In this document: piece after piece, positions 9,837 to 19,573 of the stretch
Numbering within the stretch: position 1 is the first letter of the stretch
How the letters are laid out: every line of letters starts with the position of its first letter
DNA from: Halobacteriovoraceae bacterium
GTDB taxonomy: Bacteria > Bdellovibrionota > Bacteriovoracia > Bacteriovoracales > Bacteriovoracaceae
Reading direction: 5' to 3'
Assembly: GCA_963719505.1 (NCBI GenBank)
Contig: CAVRCF010000005.1
Span: 992,001-1,056,000 of the forward strand
Length of the DNA stretch: 64,000 nt
The notes under the pieces: model-generated
Databases searched by the model: none
Told to the model about the DNA's origin: nothing
The model's input: the letters and a program-made list of their open reading frames with translations, nothing else
Translations under genes and position numbers: made by a program

Positions 9837-10325
9837 ATGGCCATTCCTATTTATAAACTTATAAATATCGACAATTCCATTGAGTCCTCCATCCACAACC
9901 AGCTCAAACAGCATCAATTCAGTCAAGTACCAACGGTTATCGATGTGAGTGAACTCTCGGATCAATTTGAAGCGATAACTCATATTGAAACATTTCTGCT
10001 AGAGAATGAAGTAAGTAATTTCCCCTACCCAACTTATATCGTTACGGAGATTAAAAACTATCACGGAAAATATTCTTTTTTCGAGTCGACTGATAAGACA
10101 CCTTCATTTTTTTGGAAAAAACTCAAACAGTTAAACTCCAGAGAAAATAAAATTCTTCAAAAAAACTATCTCAAACAGAAAAATTTGGAAAATACCCAAG
10201 GACACGAATTTCATGAAGACCTTATGGACTACGCAAAAGGACATAAAGTAATCTTTAACTTGAGTAAGGAGAAAATCTTCCTTTCTAAAATTCAAAAAAA
10301 TTTAGAGGATTTCTATGACAAATAA
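9837..10325 (+). CDS. Hypothetical protein
   Basis: 162-aa ORF with GGAG upstream; overlaps next ORF. Confidence 0.7.
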   Translation: MAIPIYKLINIDNSIESSIHNQLKQHQFSQVPTVIDVSELSDQFEAITHIETFLLENEVSNFPYPTYIVTEIKNYHGKYSFFESTDKTPSFFWKKLKQLNSRENKILQKNYLKQKNLENTQGHEFHEDLMDYAKGHKVIFNLSKEKIFLSKIQKNLEDFYDK

Positions 10326-10656
10326 AAAAGATGAAAATATCGGCTTTAAAGAATTTCTCGAAGGAGAAGATAAGTCTTTTTTAGAAAACCCAAATTCCGG
10401 TAATAAAAATAGAAATCTCTCGAATTTTGAGCTTGAGACATTCCTAGAGCAAGACTCGATGAGAATGTCAAAATTGATAGAAACATTTGAAGAAAAAGCA
10501 TTTGTTATAAAAAAATATCCTCAAGCGGCTCAACTGGTTATTGAAGCAGAAGCTCAAAACATCTCCGCAAGAATTGAAACCACAGCTCTATGCACAAGAG
10601 ATAATTCGCCTCTTTTTGAAAATTTAGATTCTATCTTTAAGAAGTTTTTTAAATAG
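10315..10656 (+). CDS. Hypothetical protein
   Basis: 113-aa ORF with GAGG upstream, coupled to previous ORF. Confidence 0.65.
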   Translation: MTNKKDENIGFKEFLEGEDKSFLENPNSGNKNRNLSNFELETFLEQDSMRMSKLIETFEEKAFVIKKYPQAAQLVIEAEAQNISARIETTALCTRDNSPLFENLDSIFKKFFK

Positions 10657-12361
10657 TTAAAAGAATCGGCCCGCCGACATGTTCAAAGTCTTTATCCTCA
10701 AGTGAGTGATATTCATATCCGGAGAGATTTTCATAAAGGATTCCATAGAGGTACTCATGAAAATCAACAACTTCATTGAGACCATAGGTTTCACTGAATT
10801 CGACAAGCATTTTTTGGATCTCTAAATCAGTTATCATCTTCAAGCTATATTCCCCCCCCACAAAGTTAAAATACTTCTCATAAAAAGTTTTAAACTCTGT
10901 AACTGTTAATCCTAGTTTCCCTTGAGATCCTTTAACTGGATTTAGGCTAAAATTAATAAATGAGGAGATAATAATGGCTTCAAAATCTATTTCATCAACA
11001 TTGTAATTGAGATAAAAAGTGTCTTGAAGCTTATCTTGTGTCTTTAAAGTAATAAAAGTTTTTGCAAATTCTTCTATAAATGGCGCCATTGAGACAAAGA
11101 GTGAAACCTGCTTTTGCCAAAAACCAAAGGTCACGAGGTCGTTAATATACTGAGCATTAAGACCGACCCCAAAATTTTTTACTTTTGGTATCTCTTCAAA
11201 TGAATGATCAAGAAAGGATTTCCACCATGAACCAACAAAGTATTCAAAAGAGCTTTCTTCAAAAGTTTTTCCTTTTAGGGCTTTTTTAAGTTTTGTTTTT
11301 TCCATTGCGACTAGACTAGAGCCAATTTTATAAAGATCAAAAAAATCAAAGCGATCAAAGACAACTTCATCATCTGGCAGTTCATTCTTGATATAATCGA
11401 GCCCAATATCGAGGTAACTTCTCGTATGAGCCCCTATTCTTGTCAGTTCGATCCTTCCAGCTTTGAGCGCATCTTTAAGAGTAATCGTTGAATTGATGAG
11501 CCTAATAAAAGTAAAGTGAAGAAATTGTTTTCTCAAATCACTTTCCACTCGGGCCAACTCAACAAGAATCTTTTCCATATCAACATTAAAACTAACGAGA
11601 GCAGAAGAATGTAGAGATTGATTCTGGCCCCTTATATCAATGACACCGGAGCGAGAGCTTTTAGAATTGATAAGCTTTTTAATTTGTCCTACAGAAACAA
11701 AAGGGTGTAATTTCTCCATCGCCTCAAAGTGATCAACAAAGCCGAAGTCTCTCAAACGCTCTTTTTTATTTTGAAAGCCCTCTTCTTGAAGAGCTGAGTA
11801 AGAATCATTAATAAGTTTAAAAAGTGTTGTGTAAGCACCTTCAACACCTAAATGATCATACATATTTCTCACAAGAACTTTAAGTTCATGAGGAAACTGA
11901 TAGTCTTCACCGTATTCAACTAATAACAGATTATCATCTGTTAAGAAGTAATAATCGTGGTCAGGATACATTGGGTCTTCTGCATCAAAAGTATTGATAT
12001 TAACTCTCGACTTTAAATAGAGATAGAATTCTTCAGAAGTTGCAAATTCTTTTGTTATCTCGTCATCTGTTACTCTAGAATAAGCCTCAATCCAGAATTC
12101 AAAAGCCCCTGGATCAACAATATCTTTTCTCCAAAGATCAAGGTCAATAAACGCTTGTCTTTGTTCTTTAGAAAGTTTGGGAATAATCGCCGTCAGTTGA
12201 GAGGAGGAGCTCGTAATAAGAGAGACATATAAAGGTTGAATAGGTATCGCCGAAAGTTCAGTACCGCTGATAACCAACTTCTCTATATCTTCAAATGAAT
12301 TATAAGCCTGGGCTTCAAAAAGAATCTTTTTTAAAAGGTTGTTTTTACTAGAATCGTCCAT
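10649..12361 (-). CDS. DUF6178-like protein
   Basis: 570-aa ORF; DLDLWRKD and ERLRDFGFVDHFEA motifs recalled from the DUF6178 family. Confidence 0.65.
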   Translation of the reverse strand: MDDSSKNNLLKKILFEAQAYNSFEDIEKLVISGTELSAIPIQPLYVSLITSSSSQLTAIIPKLSKEQRQAFIDLDLWRKDIVDPGAFEFWIEAYSRVTDDEITKEFATSEEFYLYLKSRVNINTFDAEDPMYPDHDYYFLTDDNLLLVEYGEDYQFPHELKVLVRNMYDHLGVEGAYTTLFKLINDSYSALQEEGFQNKKERLRDFGFVDHFEAMEKLHPFVSVGQIKKLINSKSSRSGVIDIRGQNQSLHSSALVSFNVDMEKILVELARVESDLRKQFLHFTFIRLINSTITLKDALKAGRIELTRIGAHTRSYLDIGLDYIKNELPDDEVVFDRFDFFDLYKIGSSLVAMEKTKLKKALKGKTFEESSFEYFVGSWWKSFLDHSFEEIPKVKNFGVGLNAQYINDLVTFGFWQKQVSLFVSMAPFIEEFAKTFITLKTQDKLQDTFYLNYNVDEIDFEAIIISSFINFSLNPVKGSQGKLGLTVTEFKTFYEKYFNFVGGEYSLKMITDLEIQKMLVEFSETYGLNEVVDFHEYLYGILYENLSGYEYHSLEDKDFEHVGGPILLTI

Positions 12362-12387
12362 GAGGACTTATACATGATTTTTAAGAC

Positions 12388-12705
12388 TTAACCAAGAATT
12401 TCTTCCAAGGCATCTCGCTCTTTATCGTTAAACTTAAAACTACCCGTTCTCAGTAGACCTCTGAGCTTATCTTTAGTTTCTTCACTATTAGGGTCATTGC
12501 TCTTGATGCTGCCGTTGTCTTTGGCTTCTTGCGCTTTTTCGACGGCTTCTTTGCTTATTACGACAGTGGCATCATTTTTTTTAATTGCTTTGAACCTATC
12601 ACCAAACTTTTCAGCTAGCTTTTCTCTAAGGGCCTTCTTTTCAGCAATAGCTTCCAGTTTTTTATCTTTAAATTCTTGATGCTTAGCAGTGCTCGTTAGT
12701 TTCAT
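12388..12705 (-). CDS. Hypothetical Lys/Glu-rich protein
   Basis: 105-aa ORF with GAGG upstream. Confidence 0.65.
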   Translation of the reverse strand: MKLTSTAKHQEFKDKKLEAIAEKKALREKLAEKFGDRFKAIKKNDATVVISKEAVEKAQEAKDNGSIKSNDPNSEETKDKLRGLLRTGSFKFNDKERDALEEILG

Positions 12706-12759
12706 GGGGACCTCTTTAAAATTATACCAAGCGAGAGGCTTTTTTTAAATGGCGAGAAA

Positions 12760-14328
12760 TTATTGCTTTTCTGGTGGAGGTTCAATAATGGATACCTGCC
12801 AATTATTATTAGTTGATTCATCATTTTTTAATCTAATTCTACTGTAAGGCTTTGTTTTTACTTTATCGACATCGTTAACGACATAGAACTCATCACCCAG
12901 GATGGCTGTCATATTATAAAGGGCTTGATGCTTGTCTGATTCGATTAGGTATTTCAAAAACAAAAGAGGTAAAGGCCCTTTTGTCGTCCCTAAACCATCT
13001 CGTTTTTTCATCTCTGCAAGACCTTCTCTTGTGACGTAGATCTTGAGGTTCTCATCTAAAAGTTTTTTGAGATTTAATGAAAACAAAAAGTCATATTTAA
13101 ACTTTAACATATTGACGTCAACTGAGGTATAACCTGTTTGTTCTTGCAAAACGACAGCTTCTTTAAAAGCAGAGATTTTTTCTTTCTCTTCAATCTCTTC
13201 TTTCGCCTCCCTTTTGACAGAACTGATTTTCTTTTTCTTCTTCTGAACAAAGCGATCGACGAATTCAATTTTGTCTTCATCTGGCTTTGAGACGACCTTT
13301 TTGGTTTCTGACTTTTTGACGACTACCTTAGGAGCTTCAGGCTTGGGTGCAAAAAGATCAACCAATCCCATATCAATAAATTTTTTCATCGATCCAGCAG
13401 GAAAAAGTTGGCCCTGAAGATACCTTCTTTTGTTTTGAACCATATTCGAATAAGTTATAGGAAAGATTAATCGAAGATTGGGGTAGACTTCCTCTTTAGA
13501 TGAAGTGACTTGCTTAAAGCGCCTCAGACACCCTCTAGCAAAACCTGACTCATCAGCCGCCTCTAATATATCTGAGTTTACAAGGAGCGAGTACGCCTCA
13601 CTTATATAGCCCAGTCCATAGATTCGATCTTTCTCAGAACAGATTTTGGTAAACATTTTTTCATCTTCCACACAAGTTTTATCAACTTGCTTCATCGCTT
13701 TATCAAAGGTTATTCCTGCGCAGCGCGAGCCTCGACACTCATCCATGAGTCTAAAATGAGCTTCATCTTGAAATTGATTTTTATGTAAGTTTTCTAACCA
13801 CTGGCTTTGTTTCTCTTTTAAAGAGAGCGAGCTTGAGGCCAAGACCTCTTTCCTATTTTTCGTCAGATGTTTTGAACTTTTAACAAAGAACTTCATATCT
13901 CTGGAAAGCGGCGTGCACTTGTCCAGAGTCGATTGCCAATCAACGTCACAAATTCCTGCTTGCCCCATTCGCTTTGCTCCCTCTTTACGAGCTTGAATAT
14001 TTTCGTAAAGATAACTTAAAGCGAGAACCCTATTTGAAAATTGAAGGTAGGTATACATTGATATAAGTTCAGACCTTGGGCACGATAAAGACTGTGGAAT
14101 TTCTTTTAAAAAGAAAGTCTTAAGATCATAGAAGTCATCTTGAATCAAAGTCAGTGGGTATTTTTCTGATAAAAACTTATCTTCAAAAATGATATTCTCC
14201 TCAGAGCTATCAACATTGTAATAGAGATCCTTAGCTCCATAATACAGATCAAAATCTTTCTCCCCTAGCATATAAGGGGAGCTGATCGCACAAAAAGAAT
14301 AGAGAAGAAGGATCAAATAGAGCTTCAT
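12760..14328 (-). CDS. Hypothetical secreted Cys-containing protein
   Basis: 522-aa ORF, signal-peptide-like N-terminus, overlaps dctM stop by 4 nt. Confidence 0.75.
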   Translation of the reverse strand: MKLYLILLLYSFCAISSPYMLGEKDFDLYYGAKDLYYNVDSSEENIIFEDKFLSEKYPLTLIQDDFYDLKTFFLKEIPQSLSCPRSELISMYTYLQFSNRVLALSYLYENIQARKEGAKRMGQAGICDVDWQSTLDKCTPLSRDMKFFVKSSKHLTKNRKEVLASSSLSLKEKQSQWLENLHKNQFQDEAHFRLMDECRGSRCAGITFDKAMKQVDKTCVEDEKMFTKICSEKDRIYGLGYISEAYSLLVNSDILEAADESGFARGCLRRFKQVTSSKEEVYPNLRLIFPITYSNMVQNKRRYLQGQLFPAGSMKKFIDMGLVDLFAPKPEAPKVVVKKSETKKVVSKPDEDKIEFVDRFVQKKKKKISSVKREAKEEIEEKEKISAFKEAVVLQEQTGYTSVDVNMLKFKYDFLFSLNLKKLLDENLKIYVTREGLAEMKKRDGLGTTKGPLPLLFLKYLIESDKHQALYNMTAILGDEFYVVNDVDKVKTKPYSRIRLKNDESTNNNWQVSIIEPPPEKQ

Positions 14329-15599
14329 TTATCAAACCAAAAAAGTGATAGAGCTGGAATATAGGTAATTAAAACTAGCGCTATAATCATTAAAACAAGG
14401 TACGGCAACGAAGCTTTGTAGAGAGTAAGAACTGGTTTTTTAAATCTAAAGCTACTAATAAAAAGATTAATTCCCACTGGTGGCGTGATATAGCCGATCT
14501 CAAGGTTTGTCAAAAAAATGATCGCCAAATGAAGAGGATCAACTCCAAACTCAGCTGCTACGGGCAATATCAGAGGCACCACAACAATGATGGCACTAAA
14601 GATATCCATCATCGCTCCCACGATAAGAAGAAAAATATTAAGAAATAATAAAAAGACGTATTTATTATCGATGTACTGCTTCATTTGTTCTAAAATCTGC
14701 ATCGGGATTTCTTCATCCACCAAGTAATTCGTTAGTCCCAAAGCACAGCACAAGATCAATAAGATGGCTCCCACTAAAGTTTGAGACTCTTTTATAATCT
14801 TTGGTATATCTTTAAATATGGCCAAGTCTTTATAAAGAAAGCACACCATAATAAGGACGTATCCAGCTGTTAAAGCACTCGCCTCTGTTGCCGTTACGAA
14901 ACCTCCGTAAATTCCGCCCAAAACAATTATAGGAAGTGGTATTTCATAGCGAGAATCCCAAAGGGCAGCTTTCAAAGATTTCCAGCAAAAAGGTGTCCTG
15001 GAAAGAGACTTCGACTTCCTTCCACAATAAATAGACCAACTACTTAAAACGACAATAAGTAAAATTCCCGGAACAACCCCTGCGAGGAATAGTTTATCAA
15101 TATCGACTTTGGCAATAATTCCATAGAGTATGATGGGAAGGCTTGGAGGAAATAAAAGTCCTAACGATCCACTTGTTGTGATAAGCCCCAACGTAAATTT
15201 TTCATTGTATCCCTCTTTTATAAGCATCGGATAAAGTAAACCACCAAGGGCAATAATAGTAACTCCACTGGCCCCCGTGAAAGCTGTGAAAAAGGCACAA
15301 ATAACTAAGGAGACGATGGCCACTCCACCAGGAAGCCATCCAAGAGCGGCAGTCGCTAATCTCAAAAGCCTCTCAGGCGATTTTGATTCCGCCATCATAT
15401 AGCCGGCAAAGGTAAATAGAGGGATGGTTAGTAATGTTGGTGATCCCGCAATTCTATAAATCTCAACAGCGATAGCACTTGAATCAATGTCTGCAAAATA
15501 AAATGCTGTTAAAGCAAATAATGACATCACAGCAAATATCGGCCCCCCCACGAGAGCAAAAATGAAAGTACCTAAATAGAGAAGACTAGACATGGGCAC
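14325..15599 (-). CDS. dctM: TRAP transporter large permease
   Basis: LLTIPLFTFAG, GLLFPPSLP, TATEAS, GYITPPVGINLF. Confidence 0.93.
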   Translation of the reverse strand: MPMSSLLYLGTFIFALVGGPIFAVMSLFALTAFYFADIDSSAIAVEIYRIAGSPTLLTIPLFTFAGYMMAESKSPERLLRLATAALGWLPGGVAIVSLVICAFFTAFTGASGVTIIALGGLLYPMLIKEGYNEKFTLGLITTSGSLGLLFPPSLPIILYGIIAKVDIDKLFLAGVVPGILLIVVLSSWSIYCGRKSKSLSRTPFCWKSLKAALWDSRYEIPLPIIVLGGIYGGFVTATEASALTAGYVLIMVCFLYKDLAIFKDIPKIIKESQTLVGAILLILCCALGLTNYLVDEEIPMQILEQMKQYIDNKYVFLLFLNIFLLIVGAMMDIFSAIIVVVPLILPVAAEFGVDPLHLAIIFLTNLEIGYITPPVGINLFISSFRFKKPVLTLYKASLPYLVLMIIALVLITYIPALSLFWFDK

Positions 15600-16083
15600 C
15601 CTTCTCTTTTTCCGTAAATGTTAAAAGAAATCTCAAAATGAATCGCAAGGTTAGTAAACCCATTCCAAAGGGAATAATCCCCGCTAAAAATCCAGAATGG
15701 ATACCGAGGAAAACGACTTTTCCAAACTCGAGCTCAATTTTCGCAAAATCAAGACCGGCTTGTGCTAAGAATATTGTCGCCACACAAGTAATAAGAATAA
15801 CAATTCTTTCAAGCCATATTTTAGTTTTCGGCATTTTTTTATTTTCAAGAATTTTCGTCGCAAGATCAATTCTAATATGATTGTCTTCACCTGTAGCGAG
15901 TGTTCCACCTAAGAATGCACTCAAGAAAACAAGGTGCCTAACGAGAGGGTCAATCCATTCAAAAGAAGTATTAAACCAACGAAGGGCAATGTTCAAAATT
16001 GTAAGGCTTAGCATAAGTACTACCGCTATCACGATTCCATAAAATGCTATCCCACCGACGAACTGATCTATTTTTTTTATCAT
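15586..16083 (-). CDS. dctQ: TRAP transporter small permease
   Basis: 4 TM helices, HIRID motif, between DctP and DctM. Confidence 0.9.
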   Translation of the reverse strand: MIKKIDQFVGGIAFYGIVIAVVLMLSLTILNIALRWFNTSFEWIDPLVRHLVFLSAFLGGTLATGEDNHIRIDLATKILENKKMPKTKIWLERIVILITCVATIFLAQAGLDFAKIELEFGKVVFLGIHSGFLAGIIPFGMGLLTLRFILRFLLTFTEKEKGAHV

Positions 16084-17051
16084 CTAAAACCATTTACCAT
16101 TTTAATTGCCTCTTTCGAGATTAATTTCCCTTCGAGTTTTTTAATAACATCGTCTCTGATAGCTTCTGCTTTTTTCAAGTCTTTTTCATCAAATTGGACA
16201 AAGTCAATTCCCATTGACTTCATTGTTTTCAGACCAGCATTATTATCAGCGACAGCAAATTCATTTGCTTTATCAATATGCTTTTTCGCAATTTGTTCGA
16301 CTATTTTTTGATTGGCCGCAGAAATCTTTTTCCATTTTTTTGCATCGATCAAAAGAGCTCCAGTAGAATATGCAACGGGAAAGTCTATAAGATACTTAAC
16401 TTTACTTTGCCACTGCAATGCTAAGATTCCCAGTGGTGGTGCGTATGCAGCGTTGATGATTCCTGTGGATAAAGACGATAGAACATCTGGTAACGCCAGT
16501 GGAACAGAGACTAATTTTAAAGAATCAATCATACTTTTGACAACCTCATCCCCTTCCCATGACCAAATCTTTATTCCTTGCATCTGGGCGATGCTTCCAA
16601 CCTTTTGTGTCGAGACAAAGTAAACTTGGCCAATTTCGTAAAAGCCTAGATTTTTAAAACCATTATTTTGGAGTTTTTTATTTAAAAATGGAGTCATCGC
16701 TTTTAAAGCTTTAAACCCTTTTTCTCTATCACTATAGAAATTAAAAGGTATTTCTAAAGCTCTGATATCACCATCGATATCGCCCAGTGTTTTTCCGGTA
16801 AAGACACCACCGTTCATCTGCCCAACTCTTATTTTTCTCATCACATCAGGTTCGTCTCCAGCAACTCCACCGTAGTAGACTTTAAACTTAACCTCTCCGC
16901 CTGTTGCCTTTTTAACTTCTTTGCTCATATCTTTAATAGTATTTGCCCAATTCGTTCCCTCTGGTGCAATAGCTCCGATCTTTAAAGTTATCGCGTTTAC
17001 CGAAGCACTCATCAGTAAACTTAAAATTGAAATAGATAAAATGTTTTTCAT
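16080..17051 (-). CDS. dctP: TRAP substrate-binding protein (DctP, TatP-like)
   Basis: Signal peptide, LKIGAIAPEGTNW, YYGGVAGDE, VLSSLSTGII. Confidence 0.9.
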   Translation of the reverse strand: MKNILSISILSLLMSASVNAITLKIGAIAPEGTNWANTIKDMSKEVKKATGGEVKFKVYYGGVAGDEPDVMRKIRVGQMNGGVFTGKTLGDIDGDIRALEIPFNFYSDREKGFKALKAMTPFLNKKLQNNGFKNLGFYEIGQVYFVSTQKVGSIAQMQGIKIWSWEGDEVVKSMIDSLKLVSVPLALPDVLSSLSTGIINAAYAPPLGILALQWQSKVKYLIDFPVAYSTGALLIDAKKWKKISAANQKIVEQIAKKHIDKANEFAVADNNAGLKTMKSMGIDFVQFDEKDLKKAEAIRDDVIKKLEGKLISKEAIKMVNGFR

Positions 17052-17062
17052 ATTAACCTCTT

Positions 17063-18037
17063 TTAAAATAGATTTTTTCTGTTCTTTAATATTATTTCTA
17101 ATCGCTCTAAAGCAATGGCGTTAAAGAGATTGTACTCAGGATGCTTTAGAAACTTCTGCGTCGCTTGGCTTTCTTGAGAATAGTTTTTGACACCTTCAAA
17201 TGCTATTTTATCATTCGTTAAACCTTCAACAACCTTAGCAAACTCCACCTCATTCATTGTAGGGATCACATAGAACTGCAGATAAGCTGTTTTTGCAAGA
17301 AGGTGTTCGGGATATTTATTCATAAACTTTTCAAATATCTCTTTACCCTTCTCTAGTGAGCCTCCAAGCATGCGTGGTCTTCCTGCTTCATAGATAGCAT
17401 CAAAAAGATAACAACTTCCATTTTCAAAATCATATCCCTGCTCACAGACCCAATCAATCAGAGCTTTAACGGTTCCCAAGTTTGCCATCATAGAGACGTC
17501 TTCTCTTTGAAGATTAATCATCCCCCCCCAGGCTTGTGCAAAATAGAAAACAGCAACTCGATCATCTGGCGAGAGTTCACTGTCGAGCTTTTTTGAAATA
17601 TTGAGAGGAGCTGCTTTATCAAAGAGTTCTTTCTGGGAAATATCATTGAGCTTCATGAACTCTAACCCGTAACGAAACGCCTTTGTGTAATTGTAGAGAG
17701 CTTGTTGTTTATTGCCTTCATAATCGTTATCGGACAATTGATCTTCAAGGTATTGTGTTTCATTGATACCATAAGCGACTCCTGAGTACCCCTTAACAAG
17801 AAGGCTTAGGAGATTTTCATTTTCTTTTTGAGAAAACCAAAGTCCTTCAATGACTTTTAAATTGGGTGCCGCAGACTTTTTAAAAAACTGGTAATTTGCC
17901 TCTGTATTGATCTCTTGGGCACCATCTTTAAGGATTCCAGAGGTTGCATTTACGCCTACAGAGCGAAACATTTGGCACGATGATGCTAGAAGAACGACAG
18001 CTATGATGCCCAGTGAAGTGATAAATTGATTTCTCAT
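17063..18037 (-). CDS. TRAP-associated TatT-like lipoprotein (TPAT system T component)
   Basis: Lipobox LASSC, helical, RPRMLGGSLEKG motif, first gene upstream of dctPQM. Confidence 0.8.
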   Translation of the reverse strand: MRNQFITSLGIIAVVLLASSCQMFRSVGVNATSGILKDGAQEINTEANYQFFKKSAAPNLKVIEGLWFSQKENENLLSLLVKGYSGVAYGINETQYLEDQLSDNDYEGNKQQALYNYTKAFRYGLEFMKLNDISQKELFDKAAPLNISKKLDSELSPDDRVAVFYFAQAWGGMINLQREDVSMMANLGTVKALIDWVCEQGYDFENGSCYLFDAIYEAGRPRMLGGSLEKGKEIFEKFMNKYPEHLLAKTAYLQFYVIPTMNEVEFAKVVEGLTNDKIAFEGVKNYSQESQATQKFLKHPEYNLFNAIALERLEIILKNRKNLF

Positions 18038-18359
18038 TCCTTGATTCCTAATGTTAAATATCTGAAATTACTTAAGATTTTATATGAATTTTGAAACTTT
18101 GCTCTATTTATGCAAAACTAAGACATATTTTCCTACTCATATGCAATTATCATCATATTGTGTTAAAATGGGATAAGCCTTAAGTTTTAGTGACTTATGG
18201 CGATAAGAAATTAATCAACAAAACAGGAGTTGTTTATTGGACAATTTTGGCTCGTTTTGATTAACTGAAAGACCAGATGAATAAGTTTCTATAGGTAATT
18301 TAGTTAAGCTCAAAACCAAAAAAAGAGAAAACTAAACTTAAACCTTAAAGGAACTTGTT

Positions 18360-18542
18360 ATGAAAACAACAGAAAAAGCACTCACTTCAAATGAGATTAA
18401 AGACAAAAAAATTCTATTAAAGCCTACTCTATTACAAAATAGAAGTGTCAGGCCTGCTAAATCAATGATGAGACTTAGAAGCTTAAAGCCAAAGAGAATT
18501 GAAGTTGGTACGACTCTAAGACGCAAACCGATAAAAGCGTAA
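18360..18542 (+). CDS. Small basic hypothetical protein
   Basis: 60-aa ATG ORF with AAGGA upstream, in an otherwise empty intergenic gap. Confidence 0.45.
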   Translation: MKTTEKALTSNEIKDKKILLKPTLLQNRSVRPAKSMMRLRSLKPKRIEVGTTLRRKPIKA

Positions 18543-18543
18543 A

Positions 18544-18987
18544 CTATTTTAATTTTTCAGAAAGATCATCGAGGGCCATAAGGCTCTCTTTTTTTATGCC
18601 ATCAAGTCTCACTAATTGACTTTTATGTTCCTTCTTTAAGGCCTTCTCTCGTAGTTTAAAAATTTCATTTACATATTTTTTTCTAAAGTAGATTAGTTCA
18701 AGCAAACAGAGTTTTCTCTCTTCTTTAGAAAGCTTTGCTCTTTTGCTTTGTTCTACACCCTGCTCGCCCACTTCAATTGCGGTAAACTCTCCAGTACATT
18801 CTTTTTCTCTACTTTGAATATAGTAGTTGAAATTTTTTGTATAACGAGAGATTTTCTCCTCTAAACCTTCTTCCACTTGATCTAAAACTTTGATCTCATT
18901 TTCCAATGACCTCTTGGTTATTTCAGAAAGAGTTTCCACTCCCCAACTAAGAGGAATAAAGATAAGACTAAGTATTAAAAATTTCAT
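18544..18987 (-). CDS. Hypothetical secreted coiled-coil protein
   Basis: Signal-like MKFLILSLIFIPLSWG from ATG 18987; overlaps maf end. Confidence 0.7.
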   Translation of the reverse strand: MKFLILSLIFIPLSWGVETLSEITKRSLENEIKVLDQVEEGLEEKISRYTKNFNYYIQSREKECTGEFTAIEVGEQGVEQSKRAKLSKEERKLCLLELIYFRKKYVNEIFKLREKALKKEHKSQLVRLDGIKKESLMALDDLSEKLK

Positions 18988-19573
18988 GCAGTCCTTTGTA
19001 GTCTGTCTCAAGAAAAGTTAATAATTCTTTTAGAACAGTATTTATAGGAAATCCCATAACATTAGAATAACTCCCATCAAGCGATTTTACAAAGCTCAAT
19101 GCGCTTCCTTGCACTCCATATGCTCCCGCTTTATCCATTGGGTCGTTGGTTTTAACGTACTGGCCAATGAGGTGGGGATCAATTTTCTCAAAAACAACAG
19201 AGGTCTTTTCATAGAAGTTTTTAACCTCTCCGCTATATGACAAGCTCACTCCCGTATAGACCTCATGCGTTTTCCCAGAGAGCATATTGAGAGTTGCCTT
19301 CGCTTCTTCGTGATCTTTTGGTTTTCCAAGAACTCTTTCATTGTAATAAACAATTGTATCAGAACCAATAATTAAGTGGTCACTTGGATCAAATTTTTTT
19401 GCGACTTCAGAGGCTTTTTGACGGGCCAGATCCATGACAATAGAACCTGGATCGACCTCATTTGTTCGCTCCTCAATATCACTTGAAGATGTGATGAATG
19501 GAAGGAACAGATGACCTAAGAGCTCCTTTCTTCTTGGAGAAGATGAAGCGAGAACCAATTTAATTTTTTGCAT
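18968..19573 (-). CDS. maf: Maf-family nucleotide pyrophosphatase
   Basis: LASSSPRRKELL, IGSDTIV, LGKP, DKAGAYGVQ, GSYSNVMGFP. Confidence 0.95.
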   Translation of the reverse strand: MQKIKLVLASSSPRRKELLGHLFLPFITSSSDIEERTNEVDPGSIVMDLARQKASEVAKKFDPSDHLIIGSDTIVYYNERVLGKPKDHEEAKATLNMLSGKTHEVYTGVSLSYSGEVKNFYEKTSVVFEKIDPHLIGQYVKTNDPMDKAGAYGVQGSALSFVKSLDGSYSNVMGFPINTVLKELLTFLETDYKGLHEIFNT

